The notes: generated by a model not told the origin, from the letters alone. 64,000 bases of DNA from Perkinsela sp. CCAP 1560/9 (GCA_965644495.1 CBFFSA010000009.1:62001-126000), one strand, 5' to 3'. Numbered from the stretch's first letter, positions 48,241-59,570 are shown. Numbers and translations are program-made.

Positions 48241-49413
48241 TTACTTATGGATGTAAAACTGGTGAACCTGGAGGAGAGTACAAGTTGTTATCTTAGATAC
48301 CTGCCATCAAAATTTCACAAATAAGCGCTTCAAATAGATAATTGTTCTAATCCTACGTCAGTAAGGTTATCAAGCTCATGAGGCATGTATGTTTTAGTGA
48401 TTCTTCGGAACGTATATTGTTGATCACTTTGCCAAAGTGAGTTTCTAGAGCGCCTATAATTGTTTGACGTAGAACGCATTCGTGCTCAAAAACGAGTTCA
48501 TTGAACTTAAGAGTTTCATCCAGAGCGTGATCTCGGTCACTTTCACTCATTTCGAAAATGAAGCGAAAGCAGAGAAGTTTTTTCTCAACCCACCTTTTTG
48601 ATGATCTAACAACAACCGAAGTAAAGTCCACTAGAAAAATGGCCATTGTGGCTTGCACAAGTTGTCACTGGCTTGCAGTGGCAGTACACATGAGGTCGAT
48701 TAAGTAGTGTCAGGAAAGTAGTGAGGATTTTTTTCCTAAAAAATATTGATCGAATCGGTCGAAGTTGCATTTATAATTACTTATGAAAGACATAGGAATT
48801 ATAAGAGGGTTGAAACCTGTTAAGTTTTTCCGGGTTTTGCCAGGACACCTATTTTGGTGGGCATCATCTTGGGAGATGTGTCACGACTTAAAGAAGGGGT
48901 ATCTTGTGAAAAAAACGTCATAGAAAGATAGTACAGGTCCCAAACTCTCAAACTACTATACAAGTAAGTAATTTGGTTTTGAAAAACTATTTTTTAAGCC
49001 ATGTTTTTCGCCAAGTTGACTTTTTTTTCAATTTTCTTTTCAGAAAAAACCGAACTTGACGGCCCCGTCCTGTTGATACCAGGGGGAAAATGTGCGCCAA
49101 GACCTCGGCTACCCTTTCTGGGGGTTTATTTCGAGTTTTTCAAAATTTTCGTTTTTTGTGGCGCAAAAAATGTTTTGCAGCGCAGGATGATGACCAAGTA
49201 TGTTATTCACTAATTTTGACGAAGTACATTTCTTCGCCACGTCAATGAGGAATATGCGGGTTTTGCCAGGTTTTGCCTTTCATAGATTTCAACACTCTTA
49301 TTATTACAAATATTATTATTTCAGCTATGGAAAGTGCTTTAAAAGTGCTTTTCGAGCTTTTTTTAGTTTTCGAGCTTTCGAGCACATGTGTAGACCTTTA
49401 CCCTGCGGATGCT

Positions 49414-50143
49414 TCCTGAGGCCGTTTGAGCTGATTTTTGTTGCAAACGAGAGATCTCGTTCTGAATCTCGTGTCTACGCTATTTGGAGCCCATTTCTGC
49501 TAATCAAAAAAATATATATTTACAAAATATTGAAAATTTGGGCAAAATATTTTGCAAAAAGTATCGAAAAACGTAAAAAAGGCTATTTTTTCTTCTTTTT
49601 ACCTTACTATGGGCAAACGGAATAGACTAAACCGTCGCCAGCTATCACCAGAACAGTGTTCATATCCTGTGCGCATTGTCTGCGCACACGAAAGACACCG
49701 TGGGACATCTATTCCGGATACGGCACGTATGATGAACTGTTCAGAGAGCTCTGTCTCTCGGTACAAAGCGCGTTTCGATGAGTCAGGTGACGTGGCACGT
49801 GCACCCTACTCGCGCGATAACGGCGTTGATACGGAGGAGTTCCGAGCCACGCTATACTACGTGAGCGTGGAGGTGGGAATACTGGCTATTAAGACCTACT
49901 TTCTGGGAACTTTTTGGGCCGTGGTACGTAAAAATTACGAATTTTAGACCCGTTTTTCAAATTGCAAAATCTTTAAAATTTCACTTTTGTAACTCATTGG
50001 AAATGTTTTCCGGCGAACGTTTTTGTATTTTAAATAGCGTAGACACGATATTCAGAACAAGATCTCTCGTTTGCAACAAAAATCAGCTCAAACGGCCTCA
50101 GGACGCTAAAATGCGGACCTTGTCAGTTTTCGTGGCCCCCCTG
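49414..50143 (+). mobile_element. Second, further-deleted copy of the 'CAGGGGGGGCCACG' Tc1 family
   Basis: Left TIR lacks its first ~44 bp; right TIR ends CCCCCCTG-TA; lacks the equivalent of ~45490-45712. Confidence 0.85.
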
Positions 50144-50291
50144 TATACCTAGTACCCACGCGTACACTACTCTGATATACTACTTCAATGCACACGACAT
50201 TCCCTGGCCACAGGGAAACACCAACAATAAAAAAGTGTCAAACATGTCAACAGTTTTTTTTGCATACTGCATATTATAAACTAAAAAGGTT

Positions 50292-51867
50292 GGGTAATAT
50301 GCAGTCAAACTGTACCCTAAATTTCATTTTTTTTTTACTTTTTTTTGTCAAATAAATATGTGTGATTAATTATTTACTTGATAGTTTTGAGTCATTTTCA
50401 CCCACTTTTAAGCTTTGTTTACGTCTTAAACCATTGAATGGACTGCTCAGGGTGTAGAACTTTTGCGTGCTTGACGCTAGTTACGTCAATTTTGCAAATA
50501 ACGTCAGAGAATGTTGTTTCCTGGCTAGTAAATCACTCTTTCGGGGCTTATACACAGTGTCTTCGCTGCAAAGAGAAACCGAGAAGCGATCAATGCTTCA
50601 AAAAACTCGAACGCGGTTCGAAGTGCCGCCTACAAATTCCGAAATTTGGCCCCTTTTTTCCTTTAAACTGTCGAATTGTTGATAAATTTCGATGTTGGCT
50701 GCTTCTAGCGCAAGGTAACCTGCCCTTGAACGCAGCTTTGCAAGCGCTCAGGTCTCTTCGTTCAGTTCTTACAGACCTAAGTGAAATTGAACGCATATTC
50801 AGCATTCCCCGTTCCCCGCACATGCTCATGAAGTACGTTATGGTGGATGAGACATACATTGGGAAACGCCTGCACCATCGCGGGAGACAAGTCCGCAAAC
50901 AAAAGTTCTGGTTTATGACGGCTACAGAGGTTGATCCAAACACCGGGAAATCATTGCAAACATACTGGGAGGCAACGGTTCGCCGAACGAGAGAGGTTTG
51001 CCACAGGTTTGTCCGATCAGTCATAGAAAATAGAAATGCCATGGTAATTACTGATGAGTGGGCTGCATATCGTGGAATCGATGCCTTTTGCCGACATTAC
51101 ACTATTTGCCACGCTGATGCATTCTCGCGAGAGCACTCCCCGCACGTCAGCATTCATATCAACAACGCAGAGTCTGCCCATGCCAGTGTAAAGGGTTACT
51201 GCAAGCGTTTTTTTCACAAATGGGGCAGAAGTTTGGAAAGCTGTCAGGCACGAGCGCATTTTATTTGCACGGTCTTCTTCAAGGCGGAAGCTAAAAAGCG
51301 TTTTCAGAACCTTATGACTGTTATGGCGAGATACTCCTCTGACAATAGCGCGGTATACGGAGATCAGTCAAATGAAGAAGATGCGGAAGTTTCCAGTGAC
51401 TCTAGTGAGGACCTTCAGGAAGATTATGAAAGCCCAACCACGCGACTAGGTCGAGCGCTCACTGAACATATACAGACTGTAAGACTCAAGCGCAGATATG
51501 GAAGGGATGAAATGGGATTCCACAAGTGTATGATAAAAAGTGCTACTGACCGCCACTACACTATTTATGTTGGTCCTGGTGGTGCTCGATGCACTTGCCG
51601 TGACGGACGTCTGGGCAATCGATGTAAGCATATATATTTCATTTTGATGCTGGAACTTGGGGTGGATGAAAACCATTCAGTTCTATTAAAATCGGAATTT
51701 TCATCAGAAGACCTATCGAATTTGTTGTAGACGAGGCAGAAATTATCGGTAAATCGTCTTATTTATATGCAAATTTGCGTAAAAACTAAAAAGGAACACA
51801 TATGTGATGGAAATATACAGTTTTTAGAAAAAACAAATTTAGGGTACATTTTGACTGCAGTTGACCC
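50292..51867 (+). mobile_element. Merlin (IS1595/ISXO2-like) DNA transposon, apparently complete
   Basis: ~33-bp TIR GGGT(AATA/CAAC)TGCAGTCAAA(C/A)TGTACCCTAAATTT; 8-bp TSD AAAAGGTT (50284-50291 / 51868-51875). Confidence 0.92.
50438..51730 (+). CDS. Merlin/ISXO2-like DDE transposase with C-terminal SWIM zinc finger, 430 aa
   Basis: VMVDETYIG, VITDEWAAY, HYTICH, HINNAESAH; acidic linker; YTIYV...CTC.D......CKHIYFIL. Confidence 0.88.
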   Translation: MDCSGCRTFACLTLVTSILQITSENVVSWLVNHSFGAYTQCLRCKEKPRSDQCFKKLERGSKCRLQIPKFGPFFPLNCRIVDKFRCWLLLAQGNLPLNAALQALRSLRSVLTDLSEIERIFSIPRSPHMLMKYVMVDETYIGKRLHHRGRQVRKQKFWFMTATEVDPNTGKSLQTYWEATVRRTREVCHRFVRSVIENRNAMVITDEWAAYRGIDAFCRHYTICHADAFSREHSPHVSIHINNAESAHASVKGYCKRFFHKWGRSLESCQARAHFICTVFFKAEAKKRFQNLMTVMARYSSDNSAVYGDQSNEEDAEVSSDSSEDLQEDYESPTTRLGRALTEHIQTVRLKRRYGRDEMGFHKCMIKSATDRHYTIYVGPGGARCTCRDGRLGNRCKHIYFILMLELGVDENHSVLLKSEFSSEDLSNLL

Positions 51868-52179
51868 AAAAGGTTTATAGATTATAATTATATTTATTAA
51901 TGAGGGGGCGCATTTTGTCAGGGCGTGCAAGAATATCTACTCTGATATTTGTATCAGTGTTTGACGGCTAGGCCGTTAAACGGAAGTTTGTTGCATTACT
52001 GAAAGGGCGCGACTAACGACACGTGTTTGGGTCTTGGTTGGGAGTGCAGCCCAGGAGGCATCTGGGCACCGCCTTCCCGTTGTGCCGGTTTCCACGAAAC
52101 TGTAAAGCCGGTATCCTTTATCCACATGGGGGGAGACGTAGTCCTTCCCAGGACCTTTTGAAGGGTGTACATGCATATA

Positions 52180-52940
52180 CACCCCTGGGCAGCTTCATTT
52201 ACCCCCCCCCTACAGGTCTTGCATTTTGTTCGATTTCGGAAATATTTGGCATGGGACTGTTTTTCGCTCCGATCGTCTCGAATCCGTGGTCCTTTTCATG
52301 ATTGGAATAATATTTTTTTACTAAAATGACTAGACAATTTTTGAGGGTGTACACTTTTTTTTTGAATTTTTTTTTTGCTTTTAAATATTTTTTTATGTTT
52401 TTAAAAATGTAAATCATGCTTAGAGAACGCAAAAAAGACGCTGAATACGTATTCAATAACCAACATGATAACCTTTCTTTTCTACCACCAATTTAAGTCG
52501 TTTGCGGAAGTCTTTAAATGGATTTCTTAATTTATCGACATGTACTCCTGATAAAACATCGAATTCCTGGAGAAAAAAAACATTCCTGGAAATTTTGAGC
52601 TCATTAGCTACAGCACGTAGGGATTTTAGTTCCTTGTAGCGTGCTATGATGAGAGTTCGCTTTTCTGGTGAAATACGCTGATTCGGGAGGGAAGAAGCCC
52701 GATATCGTTTGACCATTGAGGAAAAAACAGAAAAAAAGTCGATTTTTCTAGGGTGGGCAAAAAAAAAATTGACTTTTTGGACAAACATTTTAAGGTCTCG
52801 GAGCAAATCAAGGTCGCTCGAGTGAAAACGATCGCGGATTCGAGACGATCGGAGCGAAAAACAGTCCCATACCAAATATTTCCGAAATCGAACAAAATGC
52901 AAGACCTGTAGGGAGGGGTAAGTGAAGCTGCCCAGGGGTG
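52180..52940 (-). mobile_element. Internally deleted Tc1 element, 'CACCCCTG' family copy 2
   Basis: ~120-bp TIRs, TA TSD; open 87-aa ORF 52716-52453 (HTH start fused to GYHVGY tail). Confidence 0.92.
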
Positions 52941-53105
52941 TACACCTAGACCTTGTAGGACCTGTAGACAGGTCCTTGAGATCAGGTAACGTTTACTCCC
53001 CCCTCCATAAGTAATTATAAGTATAAATTATAATTCTTTTGAATTTATAATTATAACCATAATTACTTATGGATGTGAACCTAGTGAACCTGGAGAGGGG
53101 TAAAA

Positions 53106-53256
53106 ATTGGAATTTCACACTAATACTCTTCATGATGATGATGATGATTCTAGACAGGGCGGGCGAGGAGGGCGGCAGACAGGGCGACGAAGCGGGCGTG
53201 CGAAACAAGGGGGGTCTTCTTTTCTTCTTCCTCTCGGGGTAACGGGGGGCATGGGG
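53106..53256 (-). mobile_element. Short retro-type insertion
   Basis: GAGGGGTAAAA duplicated on both sides; GC-rich body with an (ATG)n tract; absent from the related sequence at ~43910. Confidence 0.5.
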
Positions 53257-53508
53257 GAGGGGTAAAATTTAGTTATCCAGTTATATATCAACAAGTAAGG
53301 AAAAGATATATTTTGGAGTCAAACTAAACGTTCTCCGCCCGGCCGGCGTAGGGGGCCGGTGTGTGGGCACCAAAGAGCGAAAAGAGAATAAATGAACTAC
53401 AGGGGGATCAGCTCGATCTGGGGGAGGTCTAAAAATTTTAATACTCGGCCAATTTTGGAAAATAATAGCGCATTTGAGAGCTCTCACATAGCCCTCTGGT
53501 GGAATATA

Positions 53509-55248
53509 CAATGGTTTCAGTTGATCTTGCCCCCCCCCTCGGAATTTTGATTTTTTTTATCCATTTTTGCTCATCTTTGCAGCATTGGAGAGATCTCGTT
53601 CCCCTAGCGAAGAGCTTTGCCGCCTTTTTTTCATAGAGACCCTCTGGTGCCCCCTGGGTCCGAAAAACACTGTTTTTTTGGACGTTTTCTGTGTACACAA
53701 CCATTTTTTGTCACATTTTCCCGATTTTTTGTACATTTTGAACATGTAAGTACGAGTAATAGTGTTCTAAATTGATAATTTGAAAGCTCTATGTCTAGTA
53801 CCATCCCTATCGCCTAATTTAATATAGTCAACACCTCTACATTATGCAGACTAGACCCTCTAACCCCAAACAGGGGGAGTACGTACAAGGATGGAATGAC
53901 AAAAGAGAAGACAATCCCCCAATATCCCACAAAGGAACCGTGGCATTACCTCTTTGCGAGAGAAAAGAAATAATAAAGCAACACAAAAAGGGATTAAGCA
54001 TACATGAATTATCTAATAATTTCGGACGTGACCGTCGCACCATAAGAAGAATTGTTAACCTGTGCAAGGAAGGAGAAGGTCTTACACCCCAAAAATCCCC
54101 AGGAAAAAAATCATCAAGGCGGTTTAAGGACCTTGTAAAAAAAATTGTGAATGATGAAAACGAAACGTACGATGGTTGCTTAACTTATACTTGGATACAC
54201 GAGCAAGTGCTGAATATGGGGTATAAATGTTCGTTAAACAAAATAAGAACTATTTTGAAAAATATTGATTACGGTAGATGGGCTAAGTCGCCGAACTGTG
54301 ACCTAACTGAGGAACACAAGTCGCAGCGTTTGAGATTAGCAAACGAATTGCTTACATGGCCTAAAGAAGATTTAAACAAAATCATTTGGACCGATGAAAA
54401 GTTGTTTACCTGTGGGGTTCATGGGTCTCAGTTTTTCATTGGACCTAAAGGGTGCCAAAGAAAACCTCGCTGCAGAAACCGTAGGTGGTATGGGGGGAAG
54501 GGGGTAATGGCTTGGATGGGTATTAGTGTAGAACACGGATTTTTCTTGCACGTGTTTGAACCCAATGACAATACAACTTATGAAAACGCGCACAAGGTCA
54601 CTGGGGGAGTGATCCTTGACTCCTTTCAGAAGCCTAATGGGTTTTTACATTATCTCAAAGACCACGTTGACAATGTGACTGTGCAAATGGATAATGCTAC
54701 CACCCATAACTTGGCAAAAGGTGAATTGATTAAATATCGTATTAAACAATTGTCTTGGCCAGCGAATTCGCCTGATTTAAATCCAATAGAAAATGTTTGG
54801 AAACAAATGAACGGTATCATAAAGAAAAAAATTAAGCCCCACAATCATGCTACTCTCGCCGATGCCATTAAAAAAGCTTTTCAGATTCTAAAACGTCCTC
54901 AAGAAAAACGTAAAGTGTGCAACACAATTGATTCAGTCCCTAATAGACTTCAAAAAGTGTTGCAAAACAATGGAGGCCATTCCGGATACTAGTTCTTTTC
55001 CTTTAGAGTTAACTTTTGGACATAAAATCCGTTTTTCGTTCCATTTTTGATATGGTAAAAAAATATCATTTTTTATTATTTTGGTCAACTTTCGGGTCAC
55101 CCAAGGGGCACCAGGGGGTCTCTATGAAAAAAAGGCGGCAAAGCTCTTCGCTAGGGGAACGAGATCTGTCCAATGCTGCAAAGATGAGCAAAAATGGATA
55201 AAAAAAATCAAAATTCCGAGGGGGGGGCAAGATCAACTGAAACCACTG
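53509..55248 (+). mobile_element. Intact Tc1-like transposon
   Basis: ~155-bp TIRs (CAATGG.../...CCACTG), TA TSD; inserted into a CAGGGG-family end whose empty site is seen at ~33890. Confidence 0.95.
53844..54992 (+). CDS. Tc1-like transposase, 382 aa, DD32E
   Basis: Paired-like HTHs; IIWTDEK, VMAWMGI, QMDNATTH, WPANSPDLNPIENVW, GGHSGY. Confidence 0.93.
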   Translation: MQTRPSNPKQGEYVQGWNDKREDNPPISHKGTVALPLCERKEIIKQHKKGLSIHELSNNFGRDRRTIRRIVNLCKEGEGLTPQKSPGKKSSRRFKDLVKKIVNDENETYDGCLTYTWIHEQVLNMGYKCSLNKIRTILKNIDYGRWAKSPNCDLTEEHKSQRLRLANELLTWPKEDLNKIIWTDEKLFTCGVHGSQFFIGPKGCQRKPRCRNRRWYGGKGVMAWMGISVEHGFFLHVFEPNDNTTYENAHKVTGGVILDSFQKPNGFLHYLKDHVDNVTVQMDNATTHNLAKGELIKYRIKQLSWPANSPDLNPIENVWKQMNGIIKKKIKPHNHATLADAIKKAFQILKRPQEKRKVCNTIDSVPNRLQKVLQNNGGHSGY

Positions 55249-55712
55249 TATATCGTTTCCCGTGTAATTAGCAGTATCATAAAATGGTAAGAGGATCAAA
55301 AACGTCAATTGCAAGTTTTTTTAAGAAATTTCACCTTTTTGGCATAAAATTGAGCAGACGAACCTAGTACCCACAGTGTCCCCCAGTGTATGAATCTACT
55401 GAAATTCGAAAATGTAATGGCAAAGAATTGGGCTTTATTGAATAAAGCCCAACTCACTAATCGTTGCACATCTTTCAGTCGTTCCACTCCAATCTCAGCA
55501 AGGTTGTCAAGCTCATCAGAAATCAACAAAAAAGAGAAAACAAAAAAAATATGAGGCAAAAAAAATTATCGATCGAATCGATCGGAGTTGCATTTATACT
55601 TACTTATGAAAGGCATTGGAATTATAAGTCACAAGGGAGTAAAAGTGCTAGTTTGAGGTGTATTTATAATTACTTATGGAGGGGGGAGTAGTTCATTTCT
55701 ATTATTGTTATT

Positions 55713-56153
55713 GCTGTTGTTTCTTGCACCCTTTTGGCCTTTACAGGCTATGGGCCCTCTACCGTCCACGCGAGGGGGCCCGACGGCTCGGATGTTACTC
55801 CGATGCGTACCGGCTTGCGGACCGGCGGGCAAGCCAGCCGTAGCAAGCCACGGCTGGCACTTCACAGTGAACGGGTGTCGGAGAAGCAGTGAGGCTAGGC
55901 GACACACTGATCAGCGGTCCCTACGAGAGGGACAACCAGCCCTCCGCGCGCCTTCAAAGAAGGTGGGAAGGAGTACTACCCTAGTTGTTTGGCACCTTGT
56001 TTTACTGGTGCTGGGTAGTGCCTCCCCAAAAGATTTCAAGCACCCTAGGCATGTAGCGTCTTGTCTTATTGACGCCGGGTGCCGAAATTTCGGAGTGCCC
56101 GACGGAGAGGACACCGGAAGGGGCGACGTTGGGGGCAGCGCAAAGGCGGGTTG
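55713..56153 (-). mobile_element. SINE-like structured non-coding element, family 2
   Basis: GC-rich with many hairpins; (AAC/AAT) tail on the - strand; possible TSD ATTGTTATT; two modules shared with family 1. Confidence 0.55.
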
Positions 56154-56310
56154 ATTGTTATTCCTTCGACTTTCTCAAACCCTATTGGACTCTTTGCTTC
56201 ACTTTTGTGATACGTCGATGAAAAGTACGTTTGCACGTGCTGCAGTTTTTGTGTTGATGTCTGGCCTTCAACATGAAGTGTAGCTTATTGTTATTATTTG
56301 ATGCCAGACT

Positions 56311-57132
56311 TCAATTACCATCTTTTTTGTTATCAAGGCCACCATCCACAAGAAATTCATTGCGTGGTACGTACGTCACAGCCTTATCTATGTATTGAGA
56401 CAGCGACCATCGCAAGCGGCTTACAGTGCTGGACAAACGAGCTTTAACATCTTCTTCCGAGTAATTCATAAGTGGTCGTGTTCCGATATCAGCAACATTG
56501 TAGTGAGACGATATATCGGCCACAACCATTTCTACATTCGCAAATATTAACCATTTAACGGTTTTTTCAATGACGTAATCTACTGACGAATTCAATTCAA
56601 ACTCGTCGCAAGGAGATAGACACATACTCCACTCTGGCAAAAGAGAGCTAGCCCGCCAGCAAGGTCAATGGGTATCGGATACAATGTCATTGCACAAAAG
56701 TTGGACAACGTGCGGCCAGCACGGTAGAATAGAAGCATGGCGTTCGGTGAAAACCTTAGACGCTTCGTCTGTTCGATCACCGGGAGTCTTTCTAGCCACT
56801 CCTTGCGCATTAGAGGCATTATGAGTGGTCATTGCAATTAAGTCAATGATTCTCTTCTCGCACATTTCAAAAAAATCGTCCAGTTTTGCACGTAGGGTCA
56901 CAGACCCTTTGTCTAATATGGCTTTCTCGTTATCTTCCTCTTCCTCCCCATCAGAGCTTTCCCCCTCTTCCCCATAAGAGCTTTCCCCCTCTTCTCCACA
57001 AGCGATTTCCTCCTCTTCCAGGCTAGAGCTTTCCCCCTCTTCCCCATCAGAGATTTCCCCTTCTTCTATACAAGTGCTTTCCTCTTTTTCTCTCCCCGCC
57101 TCCTCCTTTCGCGCAGACAAGGAACGCCTCAT
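56311..57132 (-). pseudogene. hAT-like transposase fragment with acidic repeat N-terminus
   Basis: AMTTHNASN, LPCWPHVVQLLCNDI, RLRWS; (GEEGESS)-type repeats. Confidence 0.55.
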
Positions 57133-57214
57133 TTTTAATCAGGGGTCCTTAAAACTTTATAAAACTTATAAAACTTTATATAGTTTATAGTACTTAGTAT
57201 TTCAAAAAAAAATA

Positions 57215-58183
57215 TAGTAACCCGGGATGCGGATTAATATTTAAATTCCAATTTAAATATTAATCCGCAATTTAAATAGTAACCTGCAAGAGAAAACGAT
57301 TTGAATATTAATGTGCAAGCAGATTAATATTTGAATTCCAGAATGTTCTTCAAGGTATGATCTTTTTTTTGTGAATGAAGGGCTGCGGGTATGATCGCGC
57401 GTGATCTCGTTTTGGGTCTCACCCGCTGACACTCGAATGTAGAAATATAATAAACTTTATAATATTAGGAGGTAAAAATATAATAAACAATAATTTATAA
57501 GCTTCTTCTTCTCGAGTTTTGCTCTTTGTGGCATACTCGAAATCGTTCGTTTGGCCACTTTTCAGCAATGAAAGCATTCATGTGGGGTATAAGACCTTTT
57601 TTGGAATCTTTTACATTCTGAGAGAGGCTTTGGTAGTACCGAAAAACTTTTACTTTATGTTTGTTTTGGATTGTTACGTTTTTGCGCTTGCCGACTAAGA
57701 GAGGACGTTTTTCTCGAGCAGGCTTTCCTCCGACCAGAATTCGTTTATTGTGCTCTTCTACATTTTCTTCGTCACTTTCGGATGCAGAACATTCGGACAT
57801 GCTTGAGCTCGAACTCGCTTCACTTTGCATGTCATTGTCAAGGTCCGAGATGGGACAGGATACACTTTCTTCTGTGCTTTCGGGGCTTCCAGAGTCACTC
57901 TCAAAACCGTTATCATCTGAAAGGGACTCACATCCCGATTTAATTTCCCAGGTAACGTCCGGGGATGACCGTTCAGTTGAATGTATCTTGACACCTTCTT
58001 GAAACCGTTTGACCTTTTAGACAAAATAGCCCTATTAAAGGGGGGGGGCACGCGTAGCCCTATTAAATAGGGGGGGGATAGTAATATTTAAATAAAATTT
58101 AAATATTAACTTGCAGTTTAAATATTAAAGAGAATTTAAATATTAATCCGCATTTAAAAATTATTCCGCACCCCGGGTTACTC
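57215..58183. mobile_element. Foldback-like MITE with AT-rich internal repeats, hosting a pogo fragment
   Basis: AGTAACCCGGG(A/G)TGCGGA inverted ends flanked by TA; TTTAAATATTAA repeats; right part duplicated at ~61200-61312. Confidence 0.6.
57495..57830 (-). pseudogene. pogo-like transposase N-terminal fragment
   Basis: KRKNVTIQNKHKV HTH-like start; 57517-57633 duplicated at 61079-61193. Confidence 0.5.
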
Positions 58184-59289
58184 TAAATTCTTTTTTAGGT
58201 TCCTCGTTAAACGCGGTGGTTGTTTTCAACTTAGAAGTCCCTCATGCTGCGCGCTTCGCGTTGAAAAATACCACCGCGTTTGACGAAGAGCCTAAAAAAG
58301 AAAAATTCGTTTCGAAAGCTGAAGAAAAAGGGAGGATTTGAGCCAAAAATGTGAGGGTTGGTAGTCCTAATCTGGGCTTACCCAGAGAGGGTCCACCAAC
58401 CCGTCATTATCACGGCGCAGTAGACGCGCCATGGCAGGCCTGGCACGATGAAGGCCAGAAAAAAAGGCACATTCATGAATACTCAGGCACACCCCCCTGA
58501 AGGGGCCGACGACACGCAAGAAGTGGTCTCTACAGCATCCGAACAAGTCGAATGTTGAAAAGGCTTCAATATGCTGTCGGGAAATTCATTTAGAGAAAAA
58601 TTAGGAAAACTAAAATAAATACTGTTACTATAGTAAATAAATAAAGTTAGTAATAGTAAATACAAACGAAATATTGCAACTGCATAACGTATAATTTATG
58701 CAGACACCGTGATACATGATTGAAGTTTGATACAGACATCCTTTGAAAGGAAGGATACATACACGACAAGATGTGTATGAAGCCTCGCTCGCAATAATTT
58801 AACTTAACACAAATAAATTGAGATACAGTGAGTCGTTGGTTCAATGAATGAAGCCGAGCACACCATCATTCTCGGAATGTTTATCACGTCTATTATTAGG
58901 ACGGCAACCCTACATATACACACGTTTCAACCACCAGAACTATACAGAACTGTACTACTTCAACTAGTCTCTACTTGTAATACTAGGAATCTATACTGAA
59001 TTAGCATTCTTACTACTCTTACTAGTGGAACTACTCTAGGAAAGGCCGCTCCATTAAAACCTAGAAACCCTCCACTAAACGAGTAACTACGACTCAATGG
59101 CACTGGTGATTTAGGGTTCCCCTAATTTACGCATCATCTAAGATGCAGGGATACCGCACTTACAAAGGGTATGGCGTATCTAAAACGTAATAATCAAAGC
59201 GAGTCAGAGTCCACACGTGGAACTGTAGTCATCCAGACCGACACTGTATTCAACCGCCATTGCAATTCCACGAGACGCAGTACCCTTGA

Positions 59290-59570
59290 TGCGAGCGGTC
59301 ATATTCTGTATCAAACGCGGATCTACACTCCATGCGAGCGGTTCGACGCTGTATCAAACAGCGGATCTACGCTCCTATAAATCGGCATGAGTGGCTAAAC
59401 GCTGCAGGAGCAGCGGATCTACACTACATGCGAGCGGTTCGACGCCGTATCAAACAGCGGATCTACGCTCCTATAAATCAGCATGAGTGGCTCCACGCTG
59501 CTAAAACAGCGGCTCCACATTCCATGCGAGCGGCTCCACGCTGTGTCAAACAGCGGCTCCACGCTCTATC
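59290..59570. repeat. Minisatellite of ~21-bp AGCGG(A/T/C)TC(T/G/C)AC subunits with a ~106-bp higher-order period
   Basis: 59312-59410 repeats at 59413-59515. Confidence 0.8.

Larger units (their letters stand above)
52996..55688. mobile_element. Stowaway-like mariner MITE shell hosting nested insertions
   Basis: TIR CTCCCCCCTCCATAAGTAATTATAA at both ends with TA TSD; internal parts resemble 43880-43950 and 44380-44450. Confidence 0.8.
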
